Part shown: positions 18,895 to 28,287 of the stretch, piece after piece
How positions within the stretch are numbered: the first letter of the stretch is position 1
Layout: each line of letters starts with the position of its first letter
Source: Pseudophaeobacter sp.
GTDB taxonomy: Bacteria; Pseudomonadota; Alphaproteobacteria; Rhodobacterales; Rhodobacteraceae
DNA length: 55,699 nt
NCBI GenBank assembly: GCA_034111985.1
Contig: JAWUWF010000115.1
Location: 1 to 55,699 of the forward strand
Direction: 5' to 3'
Translations under genes and position numbers: made by a program
The notes under the pieces: model-generated
Told to the model about the DNA's origin: nothing
Seen by the model: only the letters and a program-made list of their open reading frames with translations
The model's database searches: none

Positions 18895-20259
18895 ATGATC
18901 CCACGGATTGCCTTGGCGGCCGCCGTGCTGAGCGCCAGCCTGACAGGGGCTCTGGCCCAGACACAGCAGGAGGCATCAGGACTGGATGATCTGGTCACGA
19001 CTTTTGCTCTGGAAAACGGCATGCAGGTCGTCGTGGTGGAGGATCATCGGGTGCCGGTGGTGCAGCATATGGTCTGGTACCGGGCCGGGTCCGCAGATGA
19101 GCCGGTGGGCCAATCTGGGGTTGCCCATTTTCTTGAACATCTTTTGTTCAAGGGCACCGATACAATGGCATCAGGAGAGCTGTCTGCCACCGTGGCGGCC
19201 AATGGCGGCCGCGACAACGCCTTTACCAGCTACGACTATACCGCCTATTTTCAGCGCGTGGCCTCGGATCGGCTTGAACTGATGATGCGGATGGAGAGCG
19301 ACCGTATGGTCAATCTGCGCCTCGCCGAAGAGGATATCATCACCGAGCGCGAAGTCATTCTGGAAGAGCGCAACCAGCGCACGGACAACAGCCCCCGCGC
19401 CTTGTTTTCCGAGCAACTGAACGCGGCACAGTTCCTCAACCACCGTTATGGACAGCCGGTCATTGGCTGGCGCCATGAGATGGAAGAGTTGGATATGGCG
19501 GATGCGCTGTCCTTTTACGGCACCTATTACGCGCCCAATAACGCCATTCTGGTGGTCTCGGGCGATGTCGAGCCCGAAGCGGTAAAATCCCTGGCCGAGA
19601 CCTACTATGGTGCCATACCGGCCAACCCGGATCTGCCAGCGACCCGACAGCGCAGCAAAGAGCCGCCGCAAAATGCGGAGCGCCGCCTGATCTTCAAGGA
19701 TCCGCGCGTGGCGCAGCCCTTTGTGCAGCGCTCTTATCTGGCGCCAGAGCGGGACGCCGGTGCCCAGGAAAAGGCAGCCGCGCTGTATCTTTTGTCGGAG
19801 CTGTTGGGGGGAGGGACGACCTCGTACCTCGCCAATGCGCTGCAATTCGACCAGCAGGTCGCGGTTCATACCGGGGCCTATTATTCCGGCACCTCGCTAG
19901 ATGCGACCAGCTTTGATTTTCTGATTGTCCCTGCCGATGGCGTCAGCCTTGAAGAAGCCGAAGCCGCGCTGGATACCAGCCTGAACCAGTTCATGGAACT
20001 GGGTGTCGATGCGGCGCAGCTTGAGCGGATCAAACTGCAGCTGCGCGCCTCTGAGATTTATGCCCGCGACAATGTGGATGGCATTGCCAATCGCTACGGG
20101 CGCGCCTTGACCACGGGGCTGACGGTGGAGGATGTGCAGCGCTGGCCGCAGGTCCTGCAATCTGTCACCTCTGATGAAATTATTGCTGCCGCGCAGGAAC
20201 TGCTGCGCCCCGAGGCTTCGGTCACCGGGTGGATGATGCGGCAGGAGGAAGGGAAATGA
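18895..20259 (+). CDS. M16 family zinc metallopeptidase, catalytic subunit, exported
   Basis: Signal peptide, inverted zinc motif HFLEH, NAFTSYDYT, EREVILEER; AAGGAG RBS. Confidence 0.93.
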   Translation: MIPRIALAAAVLSASLTGALAQTQQEASGLDDLVTTFALENGMQVVVVEDHRVPVVQHMVWYRAGSADEPVGQSGVAHFLEHLLFKGTDTMASGELSATVAANGGRDNAFTSYDYTAYFQRVASDRLELMMRMESDRMVNLRLAEEDIITEREVILEERNQRTDNSPRALFSEQLNAAQFLNHRYGQPVIGWRHEMEELDMADALSFYGTYYAPNNAILVVSGDVEPEAVKSLAETYYGAIPANPDLPATRQRSKEPPQNAERRLIFKDPRVAQPFVQRSYLAPERDAGAQEKAAALYLLSELLGGGTTSYLANALQFDQQVAVHTGAYYSGTSLDATSFDFLIVPADGVSLEEAEAALDTSLNQFMELGVDAAQLERIKLQLRASEIYARDNVDGIANRYGRALTTGLTVEDVQRWPQVLQSVTSDEIIAAAQELLRPEASVTGWMMRQEEGK

Positions 20260-21593
20260 TGCACCTGACAGTCTTGAAATCAGCCCTGAAAGCGTCGCTC
20301 TTCGCCTGGATCTGTACGCTGGCTTTGCCGGCGCAGGCGGAAATAAAAATCAACGAGGTGACCTCTCCGGGGGGCATCACCGCCTGGCTGGTCGAAGATC
20401 ACTCGATCCCCTTTGCGGCGCTTGAGCTGCGCTTTCGCGGCGGCACTTCGCTGGATGCACCGGGCAAACGTGGCGCCACCTATCTGATGGCGGGACTGCT
20501 GGAAGAGGGCTCTGGTGAGATGCAGGCGCAGGAGTATTCCCGCGCGGTAGAGAACCTGGCGGCCAGCTTTGGCTACAGCAGCGATCGCGACAGCCTGTCG
20601 ATTTCAGCGCGGTTCCTCAGTGAAAACCGGGATGAGGCAATTGCTCTGTTGCGTCAGGCCATTCACCTGCCGCGCTTTGACCAGGACGCATTGGACCGGG
20701 TGCGGGCGCAGGTGCTGGGCGGGCTGCGCTCGGACCTGAAAGACCCCAATAAGATCGCAAGTGAGGCCTTTGCGCAGATGGCCTATGGCGATCATCCCTA
20801 TGGCAGCGGCGGCCATGGCACCATTGAGAGCGTCTCAGCGCTGAGCCGTCAGGACATCTTTGATGCCCATGAGGCGATTTTTGCCCGCGACAGGCTCTAT
20901 GTGAGCGCGGTTGGTGATATCACTGCCTCAGAGCTGGGCGCGCTGCTGGACAGTCTGCTGGCAGATTTGCCGGCCACAGGTGCGCCGCTGCCGGGGCCTG
21001 CCTCAGTTTCCATCACGGGCGGCATCAGCATTGTTGATTTTGACACGCCACAGTCTGTGGCGCTGTTTGGTCACAAGGGGATTGAGCGCGATGATCCGCG
21101 ATTCTTTGCCGCCTACATCATGAACCAGATTTTGGGGGGAGGCTCTTTTGACAGTCGCCTCATGAAAGAAGTGCGCGCCAAACGGGGCCTCACCTATGGG
21201 GTCTATTCCTACCTGTTGCCACAGGATCTTGCTGCGATTTACATGGGACAGCTGGGATCGGCAAACGCCAAAATGGCCGAGGCGGTTGAGGTCATTCAGG
21301 ACGAATGGCAGCGCCTTGCAAGCGAGGGCGTCACGCAAAAAGAGCTGACAGATGCCAAGACTTATCTCACGGGTGCCTATCCTTTGCGGTTCGACGGCAA
21401 TGGCCAGATCGCGTCAATTCTGGTGGGGATGCAAATGGATGATCTGCCCATGGACTATGTGAAAACCCGCAATGACAAGGTCAACGCGGTCACGCTGGAA
21501 GAGATCAACCGGGTGGCGGCTGAGGTCCTGCTGCCGGATGAGCTGCATTTTGTGGTGGTCGGACGCCCCGAAAGGCTGATTTCCAGCAATTGA
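20256..21593 (+). CDS. M16 family peptidase, non-catalytic partner subunit, exported
   Basis: ATGA overlap with the previous gene, signal peptide, no HxxEH, retains SRLMKEVRAKRGLTYG. Confidence 0.9.
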   Translation: MMHLTVLKSALKASLFAWICTLALPAQAEIKINEVTSPGGITAWLVEDHSIPFAALELRFRGGTSLDAPGKRGATYLMAGLLEEGSGEMQAQEYSRAVENLAASFGYSSDRDSLSISARFLSENRDEAIALLRQAIHLPRFDQDALDRVRAQVLGGLRSDLKDPNKIASEAFAQMAYGDHPYGSGGHGTIESVSALSRQDIFDAHEAIFARDRLYVSAVGDITASELGALLDSLLADLPATGAPLPGPASVSITGGISIVDFDTPQSVALFGHKGIERDDPRFFAAYIMNQILGGGSFDSRLMKEVRAKRGLTYGVYSYLLPQDLAAIYMGQLGSANAKMAEAVEVIQDEWQRLASEGVTQKELTDAKTYLTGAYPLRFDGNGQIASILVGMQMDDLPMDYVKTRNDKVNAVTLEEINRVAAEVLLPDELHFVVVGRPERLISSN

Positions 21594-21634
21594 TCTCCGG
21601 AACGTGCTCGGGTGTAGACCGGATAGCTGAAACG

Positions 21635-21664
21635 AAAAAGGCCGGGGACTTCCCCGGCCTTTTC
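21635..21664. terminator. Bidirectional Rho-independent terminator
   Basis: AAAAGGCCGGGGA-CT-TCCCCGGCCTTTT between convergent genes. Confidence 0.88.
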
Positions 21665-21734
21665 TATGTCTGATTAGACGAACGTATCTGGGGCAGGGCC
21701 TTTTGCTTTTCAGTTCGGCCTCTATCCTTGGAGA

Positions 21735-24077
21735 TCACTCCCCGTAGGGGACCCAGATATTCTTTACCTCTGTTGCCTGTTGCAGGAACATCCGGCTGTG
21801 ATCAAGGTTCCAGTCAATGGCGGCTGCATTATTGACCCAGGTGCGCTTGAGGTTGAGGGCCGAGGCGGCCTCAATGGTTTTTGACACATCCGAAGACGAG
21901 AAGCTCCAGACCGCATCCACATTCATATGCGCCGCCAGTGGCTGCGCCAGATCCTCGGCGTCACCGGTGAGGATATTGACCACACCGGCAGGCACATCAG
22001 AGGTTTCCAGCACCTGGAAAAAGTCAGTCGCCGCCAGTGGGAAGGGAGTGGAGGCGGCAAGCACCACCCGGTTGCCCATAGCCAGTGCAGGCGCCATCAC
22101 CGAAACCAGCCCCAGCAGCGGCGCCTCATCGGCGCAGAGCGCGCCAATCACACCCACCGGTTCTTTCATCGCCAGCGCCACCGCGCGCATGGGCACGCCA
22201 TGGGCCTGTCCATCATATTTGTCGGCCCAGGCGGCAGCGGTGAACAGGCGCTCAATTGACAGCTCCACCTCACGTGTGCCGCCCTTTTTGCCGGTCATTG
22301 TGTCAATGCGATGGGCAAATTCTTCGGCGCGGGCCGACAGGTTTTCCCCGATGTAATACAGGATCTGGGCCCGCAGATGGCCAGTGGTTCTGGACCAGGC
22401 TTTGGCACCGGCTGCGGCCTCTACGGCATTGCGGATGTCTTTGCGGCTGGCAATGCCGACATGGCCCAAAAGTGCTCCGTGGCTGTTGTAGATGGCTTTG
22501 GAATAGCCGCTGTCAGGGCGTGCCTGTTTGCCGCCAATATACATCTTTGCTGTGCGATCAACGGCTTCAGCAGCGTGGCTTCCTTGTTTGCCTTCAAAGG
22601 CTGCAATAGGCGCCAGAGCCTTGGCCTTACCCTTAGGGCGGGTATAGGCGCTGAGGCCTTCCCAGCCGCCCTCGCGGCCAAAGCCGCTTTCACGCACCCC
22701 GCCAAAACCGGCAGCGGCATCAAACATATTGGTGCCATTGATCCAGACCACACCGGCCACCAGTTTTGGCGCCAGATCCAGCGCCAGATTGATGTTCTCG
22801 CTCCAGACCGTGGCGGCAAGCCCATAGCGGCTGTTGTTTGCCAGCTCCACCGCCTCGGCAGGGGTGCGGAAGGTGCAGGAGACCAGCACCGGGCCAAAAA
22901 TCTCTTCCTGCATCAGGGGATCTGATGGCGCGCGCCCCTGGATCAAGGTGGGCAGGTAATAGCAGCCCTGTTGCGGCAGCGGCAGGCTGGGTTGATAGGT
23001 TTCGCCCGCCTGATTGTTGGCTACTAGGAGCGAGATGGCTTCCAGCTGTACCGGATCGACCAGCGCACCAATATCGATGGATTTGTCTAGCGGATGCCCG
23101 ATGCGCAGCTTGTCCATGCGCGCCTTTAGTTTTTCGTAAAACCGCTCGGCAATGCCTTCCTGCACCAAAAGCCGCGAGCCGGCGCAGCAGACCTGCCCCT
23201 GATTGAACCAGATAGCATCCACCAGGCCCTCAACGGCGGAATCCAGATCAGCATCGTCAAACACGATGTAGGGCGATTTGCCACCCAGTTCCAGCGTCAG
23301 CGCCTTGCCAGACCCAGCGGTGGCCTCGCGGATGCGCCGCCCGACCGAGGTGGAGCCGGTAAAGGCGATCTTGTCGACCTCTGCCGCCACGATCATCTCA
23401 CCAACCGCGCCATCACCGGTGACGATGTTCACAACACCTTTGGGGACACCGGCCTGCTGGCAGATATCGGCAAACAGCAGCGCTGTCAGCGAAGTATATT
23501 CCGCCGGTTTCAGCACCACAGTGTTGCCCATGGCAAGGGCAGGCGCCACTTTCCAGGCCAGCATCAGTAGTGGGAAGTTCCAGGGGATGATCTGGCCACA
23601 AACTCCCAGGGCCTCGGCCTCGGGCAGCTCACTCTGCATCAGCTGGGCCATACCTGCGTGATAGTAGAAATGCCGTTGCGCCAGCGGGATATCAATATCG
23701 CGGCTTTCGCGGATCGGTTTGCCGTTGTCCAGCGTCTCAAGCACCGCAAACAGGCGGGAATGCTTTTGCAGCAGCCTAGCGATGGCATAAAGAACGCGGG
23801 CGCGTCCCGGCCCTCCCAGCTTTTCCCATTTGGGCTGGGCGCGGCGGGCGGCTTCAACGGCGGCATCGACATCTGCCTGCGAGGCCTGGCTGAGCGTCGC
23901 CAGCACCTCTCCGGTGGCGGGGTTTTTACTCTCGAACCCATCGTGGGGTGCTGTGAAGGTGCCATTGATGAAATGGCCAAACCGGTCGCCTTGGTCGACC
24001 AGCCAGGCCAGTGCCTCGGCGGCGCTTTCGGGGGCAGGGCCGTAGTCCATGGTGTCAAATTTCTCTTTGATAGTCAT
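21735..24077 (-). CDS. Two-domain aldehyde dehydrogenase (ALDH16-like)
   Basis: 780 aa. A complete ALDH (IIPWNFP, FTGST, LELGGKS, GQVCCAGSR, EEIFGP) followed by a second, partial ALDH Rossmann domain. Confidence 0.9.
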   Translation of the reverse strand: MTIKEKFDTMDYGPAPESAAEALAWLVDQGDRFGHFINGTFTAPHDGFESKNPATGEVLATLSQASQADVDAAVEAARRAQPKWEKLGGPGRARVLYAIARLLQKHSRLFAVLETLDNGKPIRESRDIDIPLAQRHFYYHAGMAQLMQSELPEAEALGVCGQIIPWNFPLLMLAWKVAPALAMGNTVVLKPAEYTSLTALLFADICQQAGVPKGVVNIVTGDGAVGEMIVAAEVDKIAFTGSTSVGRRIREATAGSGKALTLELGGKSPYIVFDDADLDSAVEGLVDAIWFNQGQVCCAGSRLLVQEGIAERFYEKLKARMDKLRIGHPLDKSIDIGALVDPVQLEAISLLVANNQAGETYQPSLPLPQQGCYYLPTLIQGRAPSDPLMQEEIFGPVLVSCTFRTPAEAVELANNSRYGLAATVWSENINLALDLAPKLVAGVVWINGTNMFDAAAGFGGVRESGFGREGGWEGLSAYTRPKGKAKALAPIAAFEGKQGSHAAEAVDRTAKMYIGGKQARPDSGYSKAIYNSHGALLGHVGIASRKDIRNAVEAAAGAKAWSRTTGHLRAQILYYIGENLSARAEEFAHRIDTMTGKKGGTREVELSIERLFTAAAWADKYDGQAHGVPMRAVALAMKEPVGVIGALCADEAPLLGLVSVMAPALAMGNRVVLAASTPFPLAATDFFQVLETSDVPAGVVNILTGDAEDLAQPLAAHMNVDAVWSFSSSDVSKTIEAASALNLKRTWVNNAAAIDWNLDHSRMFLQQATEVKNIWVPYGE

Positions 24078-24090
24078 GTCTGATCGTCCT

Positions 24091-25080
24091 TCAGGCCGAC
24101 GCGTGGCGGTAGCTTGCGGAGTAGGCTCCGGTGACGTGGTGTTCCAGCTGGCGCTCGATGTCGTTCAACAGCGAGGAGGCGCCAAAGCGGAACAGATCTG
24201 GCTGCAACCAGCGATCCCCCAGCTCTTCTTTGATAAGAGAGAGATAGACCAGCGAGTCCTTGGCCTTGGAGATGCCGCCGGCGGGTTTATAACCAACCCG
24301 GAACCCGGTGCGCTCATAATAGTCGCGAATGGCACGGATCATCACCAGACTGACGGGCAGGGTGGCGTTGACGCTCTCCTTGCCGGTGGAGGTCTTGATG
24401 AAATCAGCCCCCGCCATCATGCAAATCAGCGAGGCACGGGCAACATTGCGCAGGCTTCCCAACTCTCCGGTGGCCAGGATCGCCTTGACATGGGCCTCAC
24501 CACAGGCGGCGCGAAAGGCCTTCATCTCATCATAAAGCGCCTGCCAGTTGCCAGACAGCACATGGCGGCGCGAGATCACGATGTCGATCTCGCGGGCCCC
24601 CGCCTTGACGCTTTCCTCGATCTCGGCGACGCGCAGGTGAAAGGGCGACAGGCCGGCAGGAAACCCGGTAGAAACAGCCGCCACGGGAATATCTGTGCCC
24701 TCTAGGGCGGCGACGGCGGCGGCGATCATCTCGTGATAGACGCAGATCGCGCCGGTGGTGATCGGCGGCATGTCGAGCGCCTGCAGGATATCGCCGCGAA
24801 TGGGCTGACGCGCCTTGGCGCAGAGGCGGCGCACCCGCTCCTCGGTGTCATCACCGGACAGGGTGGTGAGGTCGATGCAGGTCACGGCCTTGAGCAACCA
24901 TGCCGCCTGGTAGTCCTTCTTGACGCTGCGCCGTGCCGACAGAGTGGCGCAGCGCCGCTCGATCGCGGAGGTATTGGCCTGCACACCTGCGACCCAGTCC
25001 AGGTCGAGCGCCATGCCAGGGTTGCGCGGCTCTTGCGCCAGCGCCAGAGGGGTGGTGTGTTCCAAGGTTTGGCTTTCCAT
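24091..25080 (-). CDS. deoC: Deoxyribose-phosphate aldolase (long DERA type)
   Basis: IDLTTLSGDDT, TGFPAG, EIDIVI, DFIKTSTGK, GYKPAGG and RFGASSLL. Confidence 0.95.
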   Translation of the reverse strand: MESQTLEHTTPLALAQEPRNPGMALDLDWVAGVQANTSAIERRCATLSARRSVKKDYQAAWLLKAVTCIDLTTLSGDDTEERVRRLCAKARQPIRGDILQALDMPPITTGAICVYHEMIAAAVAALEGTDIPVAAVSTGFPAGLSPFHLRVAEIEESVKAGAREIDIVISRRHVLSGNWQALYDEMKAFRAACGEAHVKAILATGELGSLRNVARASLICMMAGADFIKTSTGKESVNATLPVSLVMIRAIRDYYERTGFRVGYKPAGGISKAKDSLVYLSLIKEELGDRWLQPDLFRFGASSLLNDIERQLEHHVTGAYSASYRHASA

Positions 25081-25198
25081 TCCGGGGATCCTCAACAGAG
25101 TTCTGCGCGAAAGTCGCACGGGTGTGGCATCTTGGCAAGTAAACCGGGGTTTGATGTCGGCTGAATTTGACCTTTTGGACAAAAAGCGACGCTCATTT

Positions 25199-25249
25199 TT
25201 GCGAATAAGTCGCAATAGCATTGACTGTCTTGCGAATGGTTCTCATATT
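25199..25249 (+). promoter_or_regulatory. Tandem Mur/Fur-type boxes overlapping a sigma70 promoter
   Basis: TTGCGA-ATAAG-TCGCAA (25199-25215, perfect 6-5-6) and TTGCGA-ATGGT-TCTCAT (25230-25246), with TTGACT-N17-CATATT. Confidence 0.7.
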
Positions 25250-25283
25250 CAATGTAAGAATTGAATAAAGGAGGCTTCGGCCC

Positions 25284-26249
25284 ATGCGTTTTGGAAACTT
25301 GGCTTTACTGGTGTTGACGATGTTTTTTTCGGCCCCTTTGGCCGTGACGCGCGCCCAGGCTGAGGCGCCGTTGCGGGTGGTCGCAACCACGGGGATGATC
25401 GCCGATGCGGCGCGCCAGATCGGTGGCGCCGAGGTTGAGGTCAAAGCACTGATGGGGCCGGGGGTGGACCCGCATTCCTATCGTCAGACCCGGTCTGACA
25501 TTGTGGCAATGACCCGGGCGGATCTTGTGCTGTGGCATGGCCTCTATCTTGAGGCGCAGATGCAGTCCTTCTTTCATGATCTGGCGCGCAAGCGCACAGT
25601 GGTGGCGGTGGCCGAAGGTCTGCCAAAGGACCTGTTGCGCGGCCATGACAGCTACGCGGACAAATATGACCCGCATGTCTGGATGACACCCGCCCTGTGG
25701 AAACTGGTGGTGGTCGAGGTGCAACAGGCGCTGACAGCTGCCCGGCCCGAAGCCGCAGAGCTTTTTGCCGCCAACGCCGAGGTGCATCTGGCAGATCTGG
25801 ACCGCCTCATCGCCTATGGCACCGAGGTTCTGGCGCAGGTGCCAGCGGGCAACCGCGTGCTGGTCACGGCGCATGACGCCTTTGGCTATTTTGGCCGCGA
25901 CTATGGATTTGAGGTGCTGGGCATTCAGGGCATCTCCACCCAGTCTGAGGCCGGACTTAACCGGATCGGTGAGCTGGTCAACCTGCTGGTGGCGCGCGGT
26001 ATCACTGCAGTGTTTGTTGAAAGCTCGGTCTCGGATCGTTCGGTGCGCGCCCTGATTGAAGGCGCGGCAGCCCAGGGACACGAGGTCGCAATCGGCGGTG
26101 AGCTGTTCTCGGACGCCATGGGGGCGGATGCCACCTATGAGGGCAGCTACCTTGGGATGCTGGATCACAATATCACCACCATCGCCAATGCCTTAGGTGC
26201 GGATATCCCCGCGCGTGGCATGGATGGTAAACTTTCGGCGGGGCTTTGA
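25284..26249 (+). CDS. Mn/Zn/Fe ABC transporter substrate-binding protein (TroA/SitA-like)
   Basis: GVDPHSY, DPHVW, TAHDAFGYF and LFSDAMG metal-ligand motifs. Confidence 0.93.
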   Translation: MRFGNLALLVLTMFFSAPLAVTRAQAEAPLRVVATTGMIADAARQIGGAEVEVKALMGPGVDPHSYRQTRSDIVAMTRADLVLWHGLYLEAQMQSFFHDLARKRTVVAVAEGLPKDLLRGHDSYADKYDPHVWMTPALWKLVVVEVQQALTAARPEAAELFAANAEVHLADLDRLIAYGTEVLAQVPAGNRVLVTAHDAFGYFGRDYGFEVLGIQGISTQSEAGLNRIGELVNLLVARGITAVFVESSVSDRSVRALIEGAAAQGHEVAIGGELFSDAMGADATYEGSYLGMLDHNITTIANALGADIPARGMDGKLSAGL

Positions 26250-27070
26250 AGATGACAGTCGAACTGGCAAAATCTGACAGTGATGCAAACCGGGATATGA
26301 TCTCGGGGCAGGACGTGATGGCCGCGCAAAGCCCGCTCGCTATTCGCGGCCTCACGGTCAGCTACGGAGAGAAACCGGCGGTATTTTCCGTTGATATGAC
26401 GGTACAGCCGGGCCAGATGACGGCAATCATTGGGCCCAATGGCGCCGGTAAATCCACCTTGCTAAAGGCGGCTTTGGGCATCGTTACGCCGGTGTCCGGT
26501 CGCGTGACGATCTTTGGCCGTCCTTTGTCGGAGCAACGCGCCCGCATCGCCTATGTGCCGCAACGCGCCAGTGTGGACTGGGATTTTCCAACCCGGGTGA
26601 TCGATGTGGTGCTGATGGGGCTGTATCGCGAGTTGGGCCTGTTGGGGCGGATCAAAGGGAGCCACCGCACCAAGGCGCTGAACTGTCTGGAGCGGGTTGG
26701 CATGGCAGACTTTGCCAGCCGCCAGATTGGTCAACTCTCAGGAGGTCAGCAACAACGGGTGTTTCTTGCGCGAGCGCTGGCGCAGGACGCCGATCTGTAT
26801 CTGCTGGACGAACCCTTTGCCGGGGTCGATGCGGCGACCGAAAAGGCCATTATAACGGTGCTGAAATCTCTGCGCGAAGCGGGCAAGACCGTGGTGGTGG
26901 TGCATCATGATCTGGCCACCGTGGTGGAATATTTTGACAATGTTTTCTTGATCAACACCCGCCGGGTTGCCGAAGGCCCGGTGGCGCAGGCCTTTAGCGA
27001 AGCCACGCTGCAGGCGGCCTATGGCGGACGGCTCGCGACCACGCAGCTTGATCACCTGGCTCAGGCCTAA
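26246..27070 (+). CDS. Metal ABC transporter ATP-binding protein
   Basis: GPNGAGKST, YVPQR, LSGGQQQR, LLDEPF and VHHDL. Confidence 0.93.
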   Translation: MKMTVELAKSDSDANRDMISGQDVMAAQSPLAIRGLTVSYGEKPAVFSVDMTVQPGQMTAIIGPNGAGKSTLLKAALGIVTPVSGRVTIFGRPLSEQRARIAYVPQRASVDWDFPTRVIDVVLMGLYRELGLLGRIKGSHRTKALNCLERVGMADFASRQIGQLSGGQQQRVFLARALAQDADLYLLDEPFAGVDAATEKAIITVLKSLREAGKTVVVVHHDLATVVEYFDNVFLINTRRVAEGPVAQAFSEATLQAAYGGRLATTQLDHLAQA

Positions 27071-27081
27071 GGGAGCGACAG

Positions 27082-28287
27082 ATGCTATTGGACGCACTTT
27101 TGCTGCAGCTTGGCTACAATGCGACGCTGGTCGCCATTGGGGCAGCCCTGCTGGGCACAGCGGCTGGCATTACCGGCACCTTTTTGTTTCTGCGCAAACG
27201 GGCGCTGGTTTCAGACGCGGTGAGCCACGCCACACTGCCCGGAGTCTGCATCGCCTTTCTGTTGATGGCCTTTTTTGGCGGCGATGGCCGCAATCTGGCG
27301 GGGCTTTTACTGGGCTCGGCCCTCTCGGCCGGCCTTGGTATTTGGTGCATGAACTGGCTGACCCGCAACACGCGTCTGGCCGAAGACGCGGCCATTGGTG
27401 CCGTGCTCTCTGTATTCTTTGGCTTTGGCATTGTGCTGCTGACCGTGATCCAGACGCTGGGGGTGGGGCGACAGGCGGGGCTCGAAGGCTTTTTGCTCGG
27501 ATCCACCGCTGGCATGCTCTATAGCGATGCGCTGGTGATTGCCGCAGGAGGTGCTGTGACGCTGCTTTTGGTGTTGCTGACGCGGCGGCCGATGACATTG
27601 GTGGCCTTTGATCCTGAGTATGCAGCGGCGCGTGGCCTGCCGGTCGAACGCATCGATATGCTGATGATGGGCTTGGTCATGGCGGTGACTGTCGTGGGGC
27701 TGAAAATTGTCGGGCTTATCCTGATTGTCGCGCTGCTGATCATTCCCGCTGTGACAGCACGGTTCTGGACTGAGAGATCGGATCAGGTGGTGCTTTTGGC
27801 GGGGCTCTTTGGCGGCGTGTCCGCCTATATTGGCGCGGCCTTGTCTGCGGCGGCACCCAATCTTCCAACGGGGCCGATCATTGTTCTGGTGAGCTTTGCC
27901 TTCTTTGCGCTCTCGCTGTTTCTGGCGCCAAACCGCGGCGTGCTGGCGGCGCTGCTGCGCCACTTTCGGTTCCAGCGCCGGGTCCATTTGCGTCAGGGGC
28001 TGCTGGCGCTGGCACAGGGCCAGGCGATCTACGAGGGCCTTACATTGCGCCTGTTGCGCCGTGCAGATTTAGTCCGCGCTGACGGTGTGGCAACTGCCAA
28101 GGGCAAAGCCCGCGCTGCAAAGGCGCTGCGCGATGAGAAACGCTGGGAGGTCCTGCGCAGTGATATGGCGCATGAGGCGGCCGCCGCGCTGTATGATGGG
28201 CTGCGCGACATCGAAACGGTTCTGACGCAGGATCAAATTCTGGACATCGACCGCCGGATTGGTGGCCCAACCGAGGTGCTGTCATGA
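27082..28287 (+). CDS. Metal ABC transporter permease (ABC-3) with C-terminal soluble extension
   Basis: DAVSHATLPG, multiple TM helices, and a hydrophilic tail of about 100 aa. Confidence 0.92.
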   Translation: MLLDALLLQLGYNATLVAIGAALLGTAAGITGTFLFLRKRALVSDAVSHATLPGVCIAFLLMAFFGGDGRNLAGLLLGSALSAGLGIWCMNWLTRNTRLAEDAAIGAVLSVFFGFGIVLLTVIQTLGVGRQAGLEGFLLGSTAGMLYSDALVIAAGGAVTLLLVLLTRRPMTLVAFDPEYAAARGLPVERIDMLMMGLVMAVTVVGLKIVGLILIVALLIIPAVTARFWTERSDQVVLLAGLFGGVSAYIGAALSAAAPNLPTGPIIVLVSFAFFALSLFLAPNRGVLAALLRHFRFQRRVHLRQGLLALAQGQAIYEGLTLRLLRRADLVRADGVATAKGKARAAKALRDEKRWEVLRSDMAHEAAAALYDGLRDIETVLTQDQILDIDRRIGGPTEVLS

